Below, piece by piece: positions 32,468-46,500 of a stretch of 64,000 nucleotides of DNA (within the stretch, counting starts at the first letter, position 1; every line of letters begins with the position of its first letter). The notes under the pieces are model-generated. The model did not search any database. It was not told the origin of the DNA and saw only the letters and a program-made list of their open reading frames with translations. The translations under genes were made by a program, and so were the position numbers. Source of the DNA: Balanoglossus misakiensis (Eukaryota > Animalia > Hemichordata); the NCBI GenBank assembly GCA_040954595.2, contig CM082588.2:1231935-1295934 (forward strand). Reading direction: 5' to 3'.

Positions 32468-34930
32468 AAAAATAGTCAATTTGTGTATAATTGTAAAATA
32501 TTAACTTGCTCTCTCTTTGACATTACAATCTACTGTTACACTACAAAATACAATAATTAAAACTGACAATAAAATGTTCATCATTAACAGTAACTGCAAT
32601 CTTCTGGGTTCTTCTTGGGCTGTATCAACCAAAGCACATCATCCAAGCCACAGAAATCTTCAACCTGTAATAAGTGGGCACCATATCCAGTCTTGTTCTT
32701 CTCCATTACCAGTCTAGATGTTTTCCAGTGAAGTGGGCACCATATCCAGTCTTGTTCTTCTCCATTACCAGTCTAGCTGTTTTCCAGTGAAGTGGGCACC
32801 ATATCCAGTCTTGTTCTTCTCCATTACCAGTCTAGCTGTTTTCCAGTGAAGTGGGCACCATATCCAGTCTTGTTGTTCTCCATTACCAGTCTAGCTGTTT
32901 TCCAGTGAAGTGGGCACCATATCCAGTCTTGTTCTTCTCCATTACCAGTCTAGCTGTTTTCCAGTGAAGTGGGCACCATATCCAGTCTTGTTCTTCTCCA
33001 TTACCAGTCTAGCTGTTTTCCAGTGAAGTGGGCACCATATCCAGTCTTGTTCTTCTCCATTACCAGTCTAGCTGTTTTCCAGTGAAGTGGGCACCATATC
33101 CAGTCTTGTTCTTCTCCATTACCAGTCTAGCTGTTTTCCAGTGAAGTGGGCACCATATCCAGTCTTGTTCTTCTCCATTACCAGTCTAGCTGTTTTCCAG
33201 TGAAGTGGGCACCATATCCAGTCTTGTTCTTCTCCATTACCAGTCTAGCTGTTTTCCAGTGAAGTGGGCACCATATCCAGTCTTGTTCTTTTCCATTACC
33301 AGTCTAGCTGTAAAAATTAGTCAATTTGTGTATAATTGTAAAATATTAACTTGCTCTCTCTTTGACATTACAATCTACTGTTACACTACAAAATACAATA
33401 ATTAAAACTGACAATAAAATGTTCATCATTAACAGTAACTACAATCTTCTGGTTTCTTCTTGGGCTGTATAAACCAAAGCATCTGATTTTCCAGTGAAGT
33501 GGGCACCATATCCAGTCTTGTTCTTTTCCATTACCAGTCTAGCTGTTTTCCAGTGAAGTGGGCACCATATCCAGTCTTGTTCTTTTCCATTACCAGTCTA
33601 GCTGTTTTCCAGTGAAGTGGGCACCATATCCAGTCTTGTTCTTTTCCATTACCAGTCTAGCTGTTTTCCAGTGGAGTGGGCACCATATCCAGTCTTGTTC
33701 TTCTCCATTACCAGTCTAGCTGTTTTCCAGTGGAGTGGGCACCATATCCAGTCTTGTTCTTCTCCATTACCAGTCTAGCTGTTTTCCAGTGGAGTGGGCA
33801 CCATATCCAGTCTTGTTCTTCTCCATTACCAGTCTAGCTGTTTTCCAGTGGAGTGGGCACCATATCCAGTCTTGTTCTTTTCCATTACCAGTCTAGCTGT
33901 TTTCCAGTGAAGTGGGCACCATATCCAGTCTTGTTCTTCTCCATTACCAGTCTAGCTGTTTTCCAGTGAAGTGGGCACCATATCCAGTCTTGTTCTTCTC
34001 CATTACCAGTCTAGCTGTTTTCCAGTGAAGTGGGCACCATATCCAGTCTTGTTCTTCTCCATTACCAGTCTAGCTGTTTTCCAGTGAAGTGGGCACCATA
34101 TCCAGTCTTGTTCTTCTCCATTACCAGTCTAGCTGTTTTCCAGTGAAGTGGGCACCATATCCAGTCTTGTTCTTTTCCATTACCAGTCTAGCTGAAAAAA
34201 ATAGTCAATTTGTGTATAATTGTAAAATATTAACTTGCTCTCTCTTTGACATTACAATCTACTGTTACACTACAAAATACAATAATTAAAACTGACAATA
34301 AAATGTTCATCATTAACAGTAACTACAATCTGCTGGTTTCTTCTTGGGCTGTATAAACCAAAGCATCTGATTTTCCAGTGAAGTGGGCACCATGTCCAGT
34401 CTTGTTCTTCTCCATTACCAGTCTAGCTGTTTTCCAGTGAAGTGGGCACCATATCCAGTCTTGTTCTTCTCCATTACCAGTCTAGCTGTTTTCCAGTGAA
34501 GTGGGCACCATATCCAGTCTTGTTCTTCTCCATTACCAGTCTAGCTGTTTTCCAGTGAAGTGGGCACCATATCCAGTCTTGTTCTTCTCCATTACCAGTC
34601 TAGCTGTTTTCCAGTGAAGTGGGCACCATATCCAGTCTTGTTCTTCTCCATTACCAGTCTAGCTGTTTTCCAGTGAAGTGGGCACCATATCCAGTCTTGT
34701 TCTTCTCCATTACCAGTCTAGCTGTTTTCCAGTGAAGTGGGCACCATATCCAGTCTTGTTCTTCTCCATTACCAGTCTAGCTGTTTTCCAGTGAAGTGGG
34801 CACCATATCCAGTCTTGTTCTTTTCCATTACCAGTCTAGCTGTTTTCCAGTGAAGTGGGATCCATATCCAGTCTTGCTCTTTTCCAGTGCAGTGGGGTCC
34901 ATATCCAGTCTAGTTGTTTCCCATTACCAC
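32468..34930. repeat. Higher-order minisatellite: three blocks, each a ~180-200 bp spacer plus 9-12 copies of a 59-bp unit
   Basis: Unit GCTGTTTTCCAGTGAAGTGGGCACCATATCCAGTCTTGTTCTTCTCCATTACCAGTCTA (~32 copies); near-identical spacers at ~32468, ~33311 and ~34195. Confidence 0.97.
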
Positions 34931-35669
34931 TCTTGGTCAGTATTTTCCGGATACTGAATCTTTGAATCCATCAGCTCTGCATGCGTTCTTGAAATTTGCT
35001 TTAACTATCTGACACTTTACCTGGTGAGTACCACTTTTCACATCTTTACCTGGAAACCCGTACATGTACATCATCCAAGCCAAAGAAATCTGCAATCTGT
35101 AATAACTTACAAGAAACTGTTAAGCATGCATTGTGTTTTACAACCCCCCTCTGCTTGCTCAACCAAACTTTAATTAGTACCTGAAATGAAGAAGAAATAA
35201 TATGTTACATCATGTTGGGATTCTAACAAAAGCTGACTGAAGCTAACAAAGGAAATGTTTAAGTTAGGTCAAATAAACTAAAGCACATAATCACAAAGTT
35301 GATTCGTATCAGAATGAAGTCTGCTTACCAATGATTAGTTGAACCGTAAGTACCATCATCACCAGGCGTCGAGTTGTCGTCACTGTGAATCTTCTCTGGC
35401 GTTGGCAGCATTCACTTGAACTTCAATCTGTAATAACTTGGAGTGGGGTCATCCCAGCCACAGAAATCTGCAATCTGTAATAACTTACAAGAAACTGTTA
35501 AGCATGCATTGTGTTTTACAAACCCCCTCTGCTTTACTTTACCAAACTTTAATTAGTATCTGAAATGAAGAAGAAAAAATATGTTACATCATCTGTTGGG
35601 ATATTTGAAGAGAATTTCATGAAAAATACTGATCACCATTAAACAACCATCAATTCAAACAGCCAATGT

Positions 35670-37312
35670 ATCTTTATCCCCCTTTATCTTAAGCACCCAA
35701 TATTAGTTTTACCCTTGATAACCCCTACACATCTCTCTATTCTCCTTTGGGAGAATGAAAAGTTTTTTACACAATATTACACATTTTAAGCAATATATTT
35801 GCTGTTGCTATAGACACCACACTATGTTTACAACCCCCCTTTAACTTAAGCACCCAAGTTTACCCTTGATTAACCCAACACATCTCCCTATTCTCCATTG
35901 GGAGAATGAAAAGTTTTTTACACAATATTACACATTTATAGCAATATATTTGCTGTTGCTATAGACACCACACTATGTTTACAACCCCCCTTTAACTTAA
36001 GCACCCAATTTTACCCTCGATTAACCCAACACATCTCCCTATTCTCCTTTGGGAGAATGAAAAGTTTTTGCACAATATTACACATTTATAGCAATATATT
36101 TGCTGTTGCTATAGACACCACACTATGTTTACAACCCCCCTTTAACTTAAGCACCCAATTTTACCCTTGATTAACCCAACACATCTCCCTATTCTCCTTT
36201 GGGAGAATGAAAAGTTTTTTTTGCACAATATTACACATTTATAGCAATATATTTGCTGTTGCTATTGACACCACACTATGTTTACAACCCCCCTTTATCT
36301 TAAGTATCCAATTTTACCCTTGATTAACCCAACACATCTCTCTATTCTCCTTTGGGAGAATGAAAAGTTTTTTACACAATATTACACATTTATAGCAATA
36401 TATTTGCTGTTGCTATTGACACCACACTATGTTTACAACCCCCCTTTAACTTAAGCACCCAATTTTACCCTTGATTAACGCAACATATCTCCCTATTCTC
36501 CTTTGGGAGAATGAAAAGTTTTTTTGCACAATATTACACATTTATAGCAATATATTTGCTGTTGCTATAGACACCACACTATGTTTACAACCCCCCTTTA
36601 ACTTAAGCACCCAATTTTACCCTTGATTAACCCAACACATCTCCCTATTCTCCTTTGGGAGAATGAAAAGTTTTTTTGCACAATATTACACATTTATAGC
36701 AATATATTTGCTGTTGCTATAGACACCACACTATGTATACAACCCCCCCCCCCCCCCTTATCTTAAACACCCAATTTTACCCTTGATTAACCCAACACAT
36801 CTCCCTATTCTCCTTTGGGAGAATGAAAAGTTTTTTACACAATATTACACATTTATAGCAATATATTTGCTGTTGCTATAGGCACCACACTATGTATACA
36901 ACCCCCCCCCCCCCCCCCTTTATCTTAAGCACCCAATATTAGTTTTACCCTTGATAACCCCTACACATCTCTCTATTCTCCTTTGGGAGAATGAAAAGTT
37001 TTTTACACAATATTACACATTTATAGCAATATATTTGCTGTTGCTATAGACACCACACTATGTTTACAGCCCCCCTTTATCTTAAGCACCCAATTTTACC
37101 CTTGATAACCCTTAACACATCTCCCTATTCTCCTTTGGGAGAATGAAAAGTTTTTTTACACAATATTACACATTTATAGCAATATATTTGCTGTTGCTAT
37201 AGACACCACACTATGTATACAACCCCTTTTATCTTAAACACCCAATTTTACCCTTGATTAACCCAACACATCTCCCTATTCTCCATTGGGAGAATGAAAA
37301 GTTTTTTTACAC
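35670..37312. repeat. ~151-bp tandem satellite, ~11 copies
   Basis: TTACCCTTGAT..GGGAGAATGAAAAG..GCTGTTGCTATAGACACCACACTATG recurs every 150-167 bp; length variation comes mostly from C- and T-runs. Confidence 0.97.
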
Positions 37313-37566
37313 ATATACATTTATATTTAATATGAAAATTTCCCAACCCCTTTCTATTGCACTTTTTAAGATATCAAAACCATATCAGTTATTACACATG
37401 GGTCTAAACTACATGTACTAACCAATCACAAAGTCGATTGTATCAAAATGAAGTCTGCCTACCTCTGATTGGTTAAACCACAAGAACAAAAGACACGTCA
37501 TCACCAGGCGCCGAGCTGTCGTCGCGTCACTGAGATTCTTCGCTCGTTGGCAACAATTTCTCCCGC

Positions 37567-37670
37567 CATGGCGTTGGTTCTTCGGAAGTTGGCAGCATTT
37601 CCCCCGACATGGCGTTGGTTCTTCGGAAGTTGGCAGCATTCCCCCCGATATGGCGTTGGATTTTCGGAAG
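37567..37670. repeat. 41-bp tandem repeat, ~2.5 copies
   Basis: CATGGCGTTGGTTCTTCGGAAGTTGGCAGCATT at 37567 and 37608, partial copy at 37649. Confidence 0.85.
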
Positions 37671-38819
37671 ACCTGAAAGACAAACTGAAACATGACCGCT
37701 ATAAATATGTGGCTTCTATCAAATTAAACTTTTACATGATTTATAAAAATGAGGAAGGCCTCGTTCTGCACTACTCAGGACCGCTCGTCGCGTCGCGACC
37801 TGCCAGATATCTCAAAAAAATCGAAAATATTTTGAATTTAAAAACATGTACGAAGATTTTGTTTAAAAAAGTACGTTACACTTTTTATATGTAATATAGT
37901 TACTGCTCTCTATCGGGCTAACATTTCGCGGATGAACAATCTTAAGTTAACAAGTACTTCACTGACGCAGACGACGGACAACGTGTCGCGACCGGACGCG
38001 CGCACATGGACGAATTTAGCGAAATTTTTCACAAATACCACAAAGCATGAATAATTTCCTCATACTCCATAACATTTATGTAAAACCTTTAAAACAGAAG
38101 TTTGAAAATGGAATAAAAATGGCACACGGAGCCAGCTTCACAAGTTTGAGGATGCAGACGACAAATGACAAGTGACGGAGCGCGGCGTCAACGCGAATGC
38201 ACTATTCACCGAATTCGAACATAAAAAAGTCGATATTTTGGGGGGGAAAATTACGTCTAGTAAGCTTAAATGCTAGAGCGAGTGACTATGGCTATGTTAA
38301 TGACATTCACTGGTGAAAATTCCTGGAGAGTTTTCCAAAATTAACATTCCTAAAACTTGAAATTAAACTGAAATATTGACGCGCACGTACGTACCTTCAA
38401 AACTTCAAGCCGGAACTGCCCAAATTCGGCACGTGCAAACTTTTTTTAAGGAAAACATGAATAATTCATGAGGACACATCCTTAAATGGCAAGTTCATAT
38501 ACTCGATGATCGTAACTGGCCAATCACGACCGTGATTTTGCTAGGCCCAGGTATGATTGACAATCGCACTAACCATCCCCCCTAGCTAGATGTGTATGAT
38601 ATACAAGATACATAGCTTTGCTTTACGTTTAACATTCTATTTTTCTGAGTATTCTTATGATTCATATGATTTTAGCATTGAAAAACCGTTGACGGCCGTT
38701 TCTTGCATACACATTAACTTATATGTTTTAGACTTCTGTACTAAATACATTTACGAGTTAATTTCTTTTGCGACAGTTCAGCACTTTGGACCCCCTATCT
38801 GTAATATGACTTGCAAGTG

Positions 38820-38893
38820 TAGTCTCGGTTACCCAGACGCCTTTGCTTCTTCTAACAGCGGAAGAAGCAAAGGCGTCTGGGTAACCGAGACTA
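38820..38893. mobile_element. Perfect hairpin MITE, same family as 6571-6626
   Basis: 33-bp perfect inverted arms TAGTCTCGGTTACCCAGACGCCTTTGCTTCTTC with an 8-nt loop; no clear target-site duplication. Confidence 0.85.
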
Positions 38894-40583
38894 GTTGGTA
38901 TGAAGCCAATGTAGTATTTTTAATTGCACTTTTATTCAGATTTTTGACGACATTGCAAGTGGATCTTCTGTTCACATCTTAGCAGTGTGCACCAATCCAA
39001 AATAAGTAAGAGCTTGGAAACAGCAAAAAACACAAATGTAAATTCTGACTTAAAAATGACAAAAACAACACCAGTCTTAGAAAGTGTTCTTGTTTATTGC
39101 TGTACAAATAAACATTACAAAATTTGCTTTTCCAATATTGAAATTATCTGAAAGAGATTTAACATTCCTGTATTAAGCTAAGTGAATATTTTACAGACTG
39201 TATACAGGTTGATTCTGAGTGAGGATGAAAAAAGAAAGGTCAATTCAGGTCATGATCTTTCACCCTTCCTGCCCAGATTTGACATGACCTTTGGGGTCAA
39301 TGACTGCCAGTGTGAACTTTTGACCTTGCATCAAAGGTCAAGAATTCCACACACACACACTAGTCCTAACACTACAATTTACAGTGGTGTGACTCCCCTG
39401 ATGTTTCCTAGAGGTCAATAGTTTGAACGAGGTCAAGAGGTCAAAAGTTTAGACATACCTTCTGACCTCAGCAGGAGAGTGACCTCAAGTTACACTATTC
39501 ACATGATTAGTAACTAACTGCCTTTAAAATGTTTGTACAAAATTTATTTTTCTTCAAAAGAATTAAAAGAAACCATGAAAATTGTACAGGTTTCCTCATA
39601 CCGACAGAAAATGATATTGAGTTGCTTAGGTGTATAAAAGTGATTTCTCCTGTAACCTGTTATGATGTACCTATGGCCCTTGATCTGGACAGCATACATT
39701 CTGAAGTTTGACTTTGTTTATATTGTTACTTGACTTGGTGTTTATGACCTTTGACTTATCCAGAGATGCCCCTCAGTACATTTTTTGTACCTAATAACCT
39801 TTGACCTGTTATTGGCAAATTGTAAACTTTGACCTACAAGAATTCAATTCTAAAGTGCAGAAGCATCCATTACTGTCTTTTAATGACAATATTCAAAACC
39901 ATCTCAATAAAACTTTAAATAAAGTTTGCTTTTTTCCAGAAATACGATTGTTGCCTACAGCCAGCACCTGTTCATCACTTAACAACAAAAAATCATGCTA
40001 CAGGAGTCAGTGCCTTCTTTGCAACCAAAATGGCAAAGAAAAGTGGCTATGGTTTTGATGTATATACACATAATACAACATTTTATCTGTCTTTAACTTA
40101 AATTTCAAGAGTGACAAACTCACTCTTGTTTGAATGTCAGTCAGAGTTTGCATAAAAATACCAGTAAATGCAAAATCACTTGTGAAACATCTCATGTAAT
40201 TTTACCGGTAAATGTGAAAGGCAAACGTCACCGGTGTGGATGTCATAGAACCATGTTTCCAGGCAACGCTATTCTTTCACCATCCCAGGTGCATAAAGAC
40301 CTTTTCAAGTCCCATTTCTCCATGACACCATCCTTGGATTTGGAGACAAACCACGACGGTACCATATCATTCTGTCGGTAGGTTTCGCACACAGGTTTCT
40401 GAACGGCCAGCAGGAAAGGCCACAGGGTGCACGGTTTGAGAAGAATTAGACAGGCTCTTAAAGATGTTGCTTGGTGGTCGGAAATGAATGGTAATGACTT
40501 GGAAGTCAGTGTGTTGAATTAGCAGACCAGAGCTTGTGCAGAACCTGGTATAATACCCCCATCCCTCAACCCCCAATTCAAAT

Positions 40584-43500
40584 CTAAGCCATGTAAATGA
40601 ACATATTAATATTGTCTTCATCTCGTCTCATGTATTTGTGCTCTATCAGCCATTCAATCTGCTCCTTAATCATCTTCTTGGAAGGCAGGAACATGTTCTT
40701 GAGGATCTCCACCAGCTCTGTCTGCAGCTGCGCATTGCTGATCTTTTTCCGCATCTTCATGATTTTGACGATGGCCTCCTGGAAAGTCAATCAGAGCCAA
40801 GGTCAATACATTGCAAGGGAGCTTTCATTCATACCAGGCAGGAGGATTAGGGGATAGGGGTAACATTTTAGGAATGTGCCGTCGGTTTGTGTCATATTTC
40901 GCGAGACTGACCCACCCCTATTTCCTCTGTCCAGAACACACCCAGCTTGTGCATATCTGTCTTATTATAGCTTTCTTATAACATTACACATTGAACAGAT
41001 GTATTTCATTTTACCTGAGTTCTAAGTATTCTGAGTTGCACTATGCCTTCTTTGTCTTCTTCTGAACTTCTCTCTGTTGACAGCTGTAGTCTGCCGATGA
41101 GATTCATCTTACCACGTTTCTGAAGTTTACCATTCTTACTGGAGATGAACAAGATGGAAAAAATGTGTGTCATCGGCCATTCAGGATTAACAGTCATTTG
41201 TCATGGTCGAACTGTTACCACAATATACATTGACTCCAGCAAACCTTTCTACAATTTAACTTAGTCCAACCTTATTGTTTTCCATTGTATAGTTGGACCA
41301 ATATACATGGCAACGGGGGTGACAGGGATCCGACATACTCACATAACTCCAAAGTTTTGATTGACCCAAAAAATGGAACCGTCCGTGAACTCCTTGGGGC
41401 TCTTGACTTCCGGCTCACATATCAGAATCTGTCTCTTGATTTTTGGAAATTGAACTAGTGACTGAAATAAGAAACAGAAGCGAGTTTGAGATGAACTCAC
41501 AGTCAAATAAATGGTGAGATGGTTTCTGCCAAAGACTACAGAAAATATCAGATGAGAGTGAAAATGGTATTAATATGCAGTGAAGTATTGAGAAGATGGC
41601 ACTTTAATTCTAGTCGCCATGGTACACATATTCAAATAAAAGAGTCCTTACCCATAGTGTTCTCCTCAACTCTGTATCTGGAAGTTCTGTGGCTAGTCTC
41701 AAATTCTCAAACGAGATTTTCTCATTCTGCCTCTGGTTCCACGCGAATAATACTGCCATTTGAAACGTTGTCACTTCCACGTCATAAATTCCAACTTTAT
41801 TTTTGAAAGTTATCTGTAATTGTGTTAAGAAAGCATGAAAGACAACAGTTACGATCCCATGGTGCCTTGAAAATTGAAATCTGACTCATAACTAACAAGC
41901 TCTCTGATTGGCTGGATCCTCAGTTTCCATGGGTATATACGTTACTTACAATTCCATTGGACATGAGATGGTGCCATTGTAGTTTCCGTCCACTGTGGTT
42001 TTTCCTGTAAAATTCCTCCACTTCCGGGATGTAGTCTTCCAACTCCAGTGGCAGGGACACCGGAATGCGTTCGCTACTCCTGGCCCAAGCACCGGCATTC
42101 AAAATCTTGATATTGATTGAATCTAAAAGGATAGAGGAAAGAAAAGTAAAAATATGTTAAAGTCCTTAGTAGAGTCACAAGTAACACTTCTTTAAACACA
42201 CTACAAACATGACTGATTGCACTTACCAGCTATAGCACTGTGTTCATTATTTCTGTACGCCTCCTTGAATTGCTGATTGAGGTCTTCGCTGACTTTGATG
42301 TCTTGAAACATGCGTGCCAGTTTGTTGACATAGTCTGCTGGCATGCCTACTTCCTGATACAAGATAGATTTAAATAGACATTCGTCAATTTTTGTTCGTG
42401 GTAACAGAGTCAACCAGTTAATCATTCTATCAGAAAAACTTGGAGACGAGACCTAACGACCAATCCAATCTTATGACTTCTCTGGCGATGTGTACACAAA
42501 TACTGACCCTGAGCCATTCCACCATGTTTTCTTCTTTCTCGCTGTCAGCCGATGTGTCCAGTATGAGTCTCCTTGTCAGGTGGGCTTTGTGAAATCTCAT
42601 GAACACGTCTTTGTTTTGAACATATTTCAGTACTAGCAACTAAGCAGAAAAAAAAGAGAAAGGGAAATAAAATAAATGACCACAGGTCACTGTTTAGATG
42701 CAAGTATGTTTAATTTTGTTTGACTTTGACGTTGTTATCTTGTGACAATGATGTTTCATGTTTTAAGTTTTTTTAACACTGTTCTGTTCAGTCAATCATT
42801 CCACAACTGGTCATATTCCTGAGTAGAACACTTACCACATTCCTAAGCTTGCTTTCAATTTCATCTGATGTAAGTTTCTTACTAAGGGGAGTTTTTCGAA
42901 GAAGCATGTCGCAGTAATTCGCTAGAAGCTCAGGACACTTGGATTCAGGTTGTGTTTTACTACCAACTCTGTCAAGAAATACCAAACACCATTATCGTAT
43001 TGTTCTTGTGTATGCAAAAAACTCTTAAACGTACACAGTACAGAAGATCAAAATGAATATACTTGTATCAACTCACCCTTTCTGTTTTGTTGGTAATTCT
43101 AATTTAAATACTGTCGTGTCATTGACAACAAACTTGTAAGCCTGTCACGAAACAAAATGCATTAGTACACATCCATCAACTCCAAGTGACAGAATTTCAA
43201 CAGATCTGCTCGTAAACTTTCTATATGTATTAATGTTTAAGCGGTCACTTTTGACAAATGTGCATGAAATTACGCTGTATTTCCATCTACTAATTCATGC
43301 AAGACAAACTTCATTAGGATTTACCTTGTCTCGTCCTGTCAAGAACCTTGGATCATTATTAAATGCTTCTTTCACAAGTGTACTAAATTTGTTAAAAAGA
43401 ATGAGCAGTTGCTCTACGTATTTCTCTGAATCCGTGGTGATAATTTCTGCTGCGGCCACCATGTCAGCCAGGCCTTGCTCTATGATGTGATCTTCAAGAT

Positions 43501-46500
43501 CGCGCAGCATCGGGCTGATACCGTCAGTCACGCGATCCATCAATGAAAACATTAGTCTTAATTCTGGAAACAAAAAGGAAAAACCTTTGAGTGAAGTCGC
43601 TTCTGTTGACCACTCAAGCATATGCAGATAGGAATATCTTTGTACAGGTGTTACAAAGGTCATATGGAGGTCATGAAAGTTGTAGCATCTCGATGTACTT
43701 ACTCTCTGTTTCATTTGCTTTTATCATTGTTGAACACTCGGCTAGAATAGTTTCCTTAAATTCTGTCACCAAGACATTCACACAGGTGTCTGTCAACTGT
43801 AAAAAAGACAATAAGAACGTCATAGAAAATATACATGTACACGCACGCATAAATGACAGAACATGGCGGACTGCCATGGATGGCACAATTGTCTGCTATG
43901 ACACATGTTGGTCCAGTTGAACTCACAGCCTGTACTGAATTGCATCCTTTTCTCGTTTCCAGGTAACGCATTGCTCTCTGCTCCTCTTCTTTAAGTTTTC
44001 CATCTGCCTGTATTAAAAACACACACAGCAGACATCAAGACAAGCTCATCGAACAGCAAGAAGAAGTCTGACTGCCTATGTGATTTTCATGAGAGAAATA
44101 ACATGCTTGTAACCGGACACTTGTCAAAAACTAATTTCACATTAAGATTCTGATAGCAACAAATCTAGTGTTACCACTTGACTTACATATTTCATGTAAT
44201 TCTGTACTCCGTTGTCAGCAAGGTACGATGGTGCTGTGGCTTTGTAAAATGACTCTGTGGCATTTAGATAGGCAGTCTCAAAATTATCACGGTATATTTG
44301 AAGTTTGTCTTCTATGTTGGAGCACAGATTCACTGAAATTACAATTGAATTGGGCACGTTAAATTCCCATTTGTAAAAAATATAGGGAGAGAGAATAATA
44401 AAGGGCCTCACTGATTGGTCATTTCATAGTTAATCACATACTACGACCTTAGTGATTGGTTATTGATTGACATCACTCATGGACAATTCAGAACTGTTTG
44501 TGTACATGCTCAAGTGATGGTAATTTTTGGCCAACTTGTGTTTCCTGAAAGTGGGCAGTACGAACAGACAATAGAAGTCAGGTCTAACAGCTCTCACCGT
44601 AAGATTCTCTCACTCCAATCACTAATTGTGCATCAAATGCTTCTCCATTCCTCTCGGCGTGCACCAGCTTCATTGCACTGTCTTGAAGTCGCGCCTTGAT
44701 GTACGAAAATATACTCTGGTTCCAACTGTCCAACATCAACTGCAATATTAGGACAATGAATATGAAAGAAGTGTGTGAACAATTAGGTTCCTGTGATGAA
44801 AACAAGTTATATTTTGACACCAAACCAAACACACATGAACAATCCATGTTTAGAAAGTACACTATGCATTCCTCAAACAATTTTTTAAAATTTATTTGCC
44901 AATTACTAACCTTTCTGACTATACTATCCTCTGACTGATTTTTCCTCTGTGTACTGCTGACTGTTTTGCCTGATAGAGAAACTTCAAGCTGACCAAAGGG
45001 CTTCGGTAAATAGCCACACTGCGTGAAGAACTTTCTCCACTCGATAATGTAAGCTTTGAGTAAGGCCGAGTCATCTTGGTCACTGATAACTCTCTGCAGA
45101 AAGATGTGAAGATACGAGAGGAATCAATTATCAACTGGTGAGTACAGGAAAAGCATAGATGCCTTCTGGTTTCCATGATCAGGCCAGCACTGTACAAAAC
45201 ATGTACGTGTATAGACAAGAGTCCAATCCCCATAAAACTTTACCTTCTCAGCCTGTTTGATGAAATCTAGAATATCTTCTCGTAATGCTTTGTGTACTTT
45301 GTCTGGTCCTTTGTCATCCCAAAGACATACTGAATGAACATCCCTGAAAATGGAAATCGTTTCCAGAGTAAGTAATTAGTAAAATCGATCACAGCTGAAT
45401 TCCCGCTAAGGCTTATTTTCACACTAGTTGAACTTGCAGTGTTACACTCAGTTGTTGCGATAAAATATCATGTTCTGCATTCAAGCTTTATTTCAAGACA
45501 TATGGATAACTGAATTACATCTGCATCTGGACAAATGTATTTGATGTGTAAGACTACGACAGTGTCTGAACTGAATTGTTTAATGTTAGAAGACTTCCAT
45601 ACCAGAAAAGATCTTGCCATTCTGCTCTGGTCACCCTCTCTTGTCTCAACAGTTTCAGAACTGTGGGTCTCATGTTGTCCCACTTGTCTTCAAAGACAAG
45701 CATGTTTTTATCCTGGGAAAATTAACACACAAAACAAATTCACAAATAAAACAACAATCTGATTGAGCAATCAATGTAATGTACATGAATCTGGGTCACT
45801 AACTGACCATCGCATTTCCATTTGACATTAATAAATAACAAGTGAAGGTCATCTATTCTATGCCCCTTGGCTTGATGATATTTCAGTTTCATGGTCATGA
45901 TTTTGTGATAAATTATGTGGTAAGTCTGACAGTGTTTGCAAATAAAATTATGTTTGTTATTTATGACGACTCTTCGTTATCAGCACACCATTCTTGGGGC
46001 CAGAAAGGATTTTCATTCCTAAACGGGAATGCATGTACATGTATGATGTTCTATTACATGTATGTCAGATTTCAAGGTCCCTCCTTTGTATTGGTGACAT
46101 GTCTAGTGTAATCTCTCTAACAATTACATGTAAAGCGTTGTCTTGGTGAATCATCGTTGACGCAATCACAGTACTTTGCGGCTCAATCTAGTAGCCTTTA
46201 ATTGTTCAAGACTTGTTGATGGTGATCAATTACTAGCATGAATGCTTATGTATAAGAGCCCATCCCACAAGTTGACCGATACTGTACTAGGAAGTGGCAA
46301 CAACCATAAATGTGTATAGATCAGAGTAATGTGGTCGTTGTATGCAGATCGTTCGTATTTATTGTATATTTATTTTCAAATTCAGAGGAAGCGCTGGGAC
46401 CACGAACTCGTTCCAAGCTTGTTAGGAGACAAAAAAGTTTCGACATTGCGTCAAAACTCAAATGATCGTAGAAGTTCGAATCATGATGAATGCGCCGGTG

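Noticed and set aside
33205-34289. Twin 66-aa ORFs (33205 and 34089) as duplicated genes
   Set aside because: They are by-products of the repeat/spacer junction; a 59-bp period cannot hold a reading frame.
32674-34930. CRISPR-like array
   Set aside because: Units are head-to-tail identical 59-mers with no unique spacers, there are no cas genes, and the context is eukaryotic.
34860-35075. Chromodomain/integrase-like peptide fragments on the minus strand
   Set aside because: Only weak, short resemblances in different frames; not supportable without a profile search.
31292-38586. CCCCCTAGC at both ends of the repeat block as a 9-bp TSD
   Set aside because: No convincing TIRs inside it, and the left copy is better explained as the CTCF core.
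42118-42140. U12 donor in CUL5 (TATCCTTT on the minus strand)
   Set aside because: It is preceded by C and is part of the polypyrimidine tract of an ordinary acceptor.
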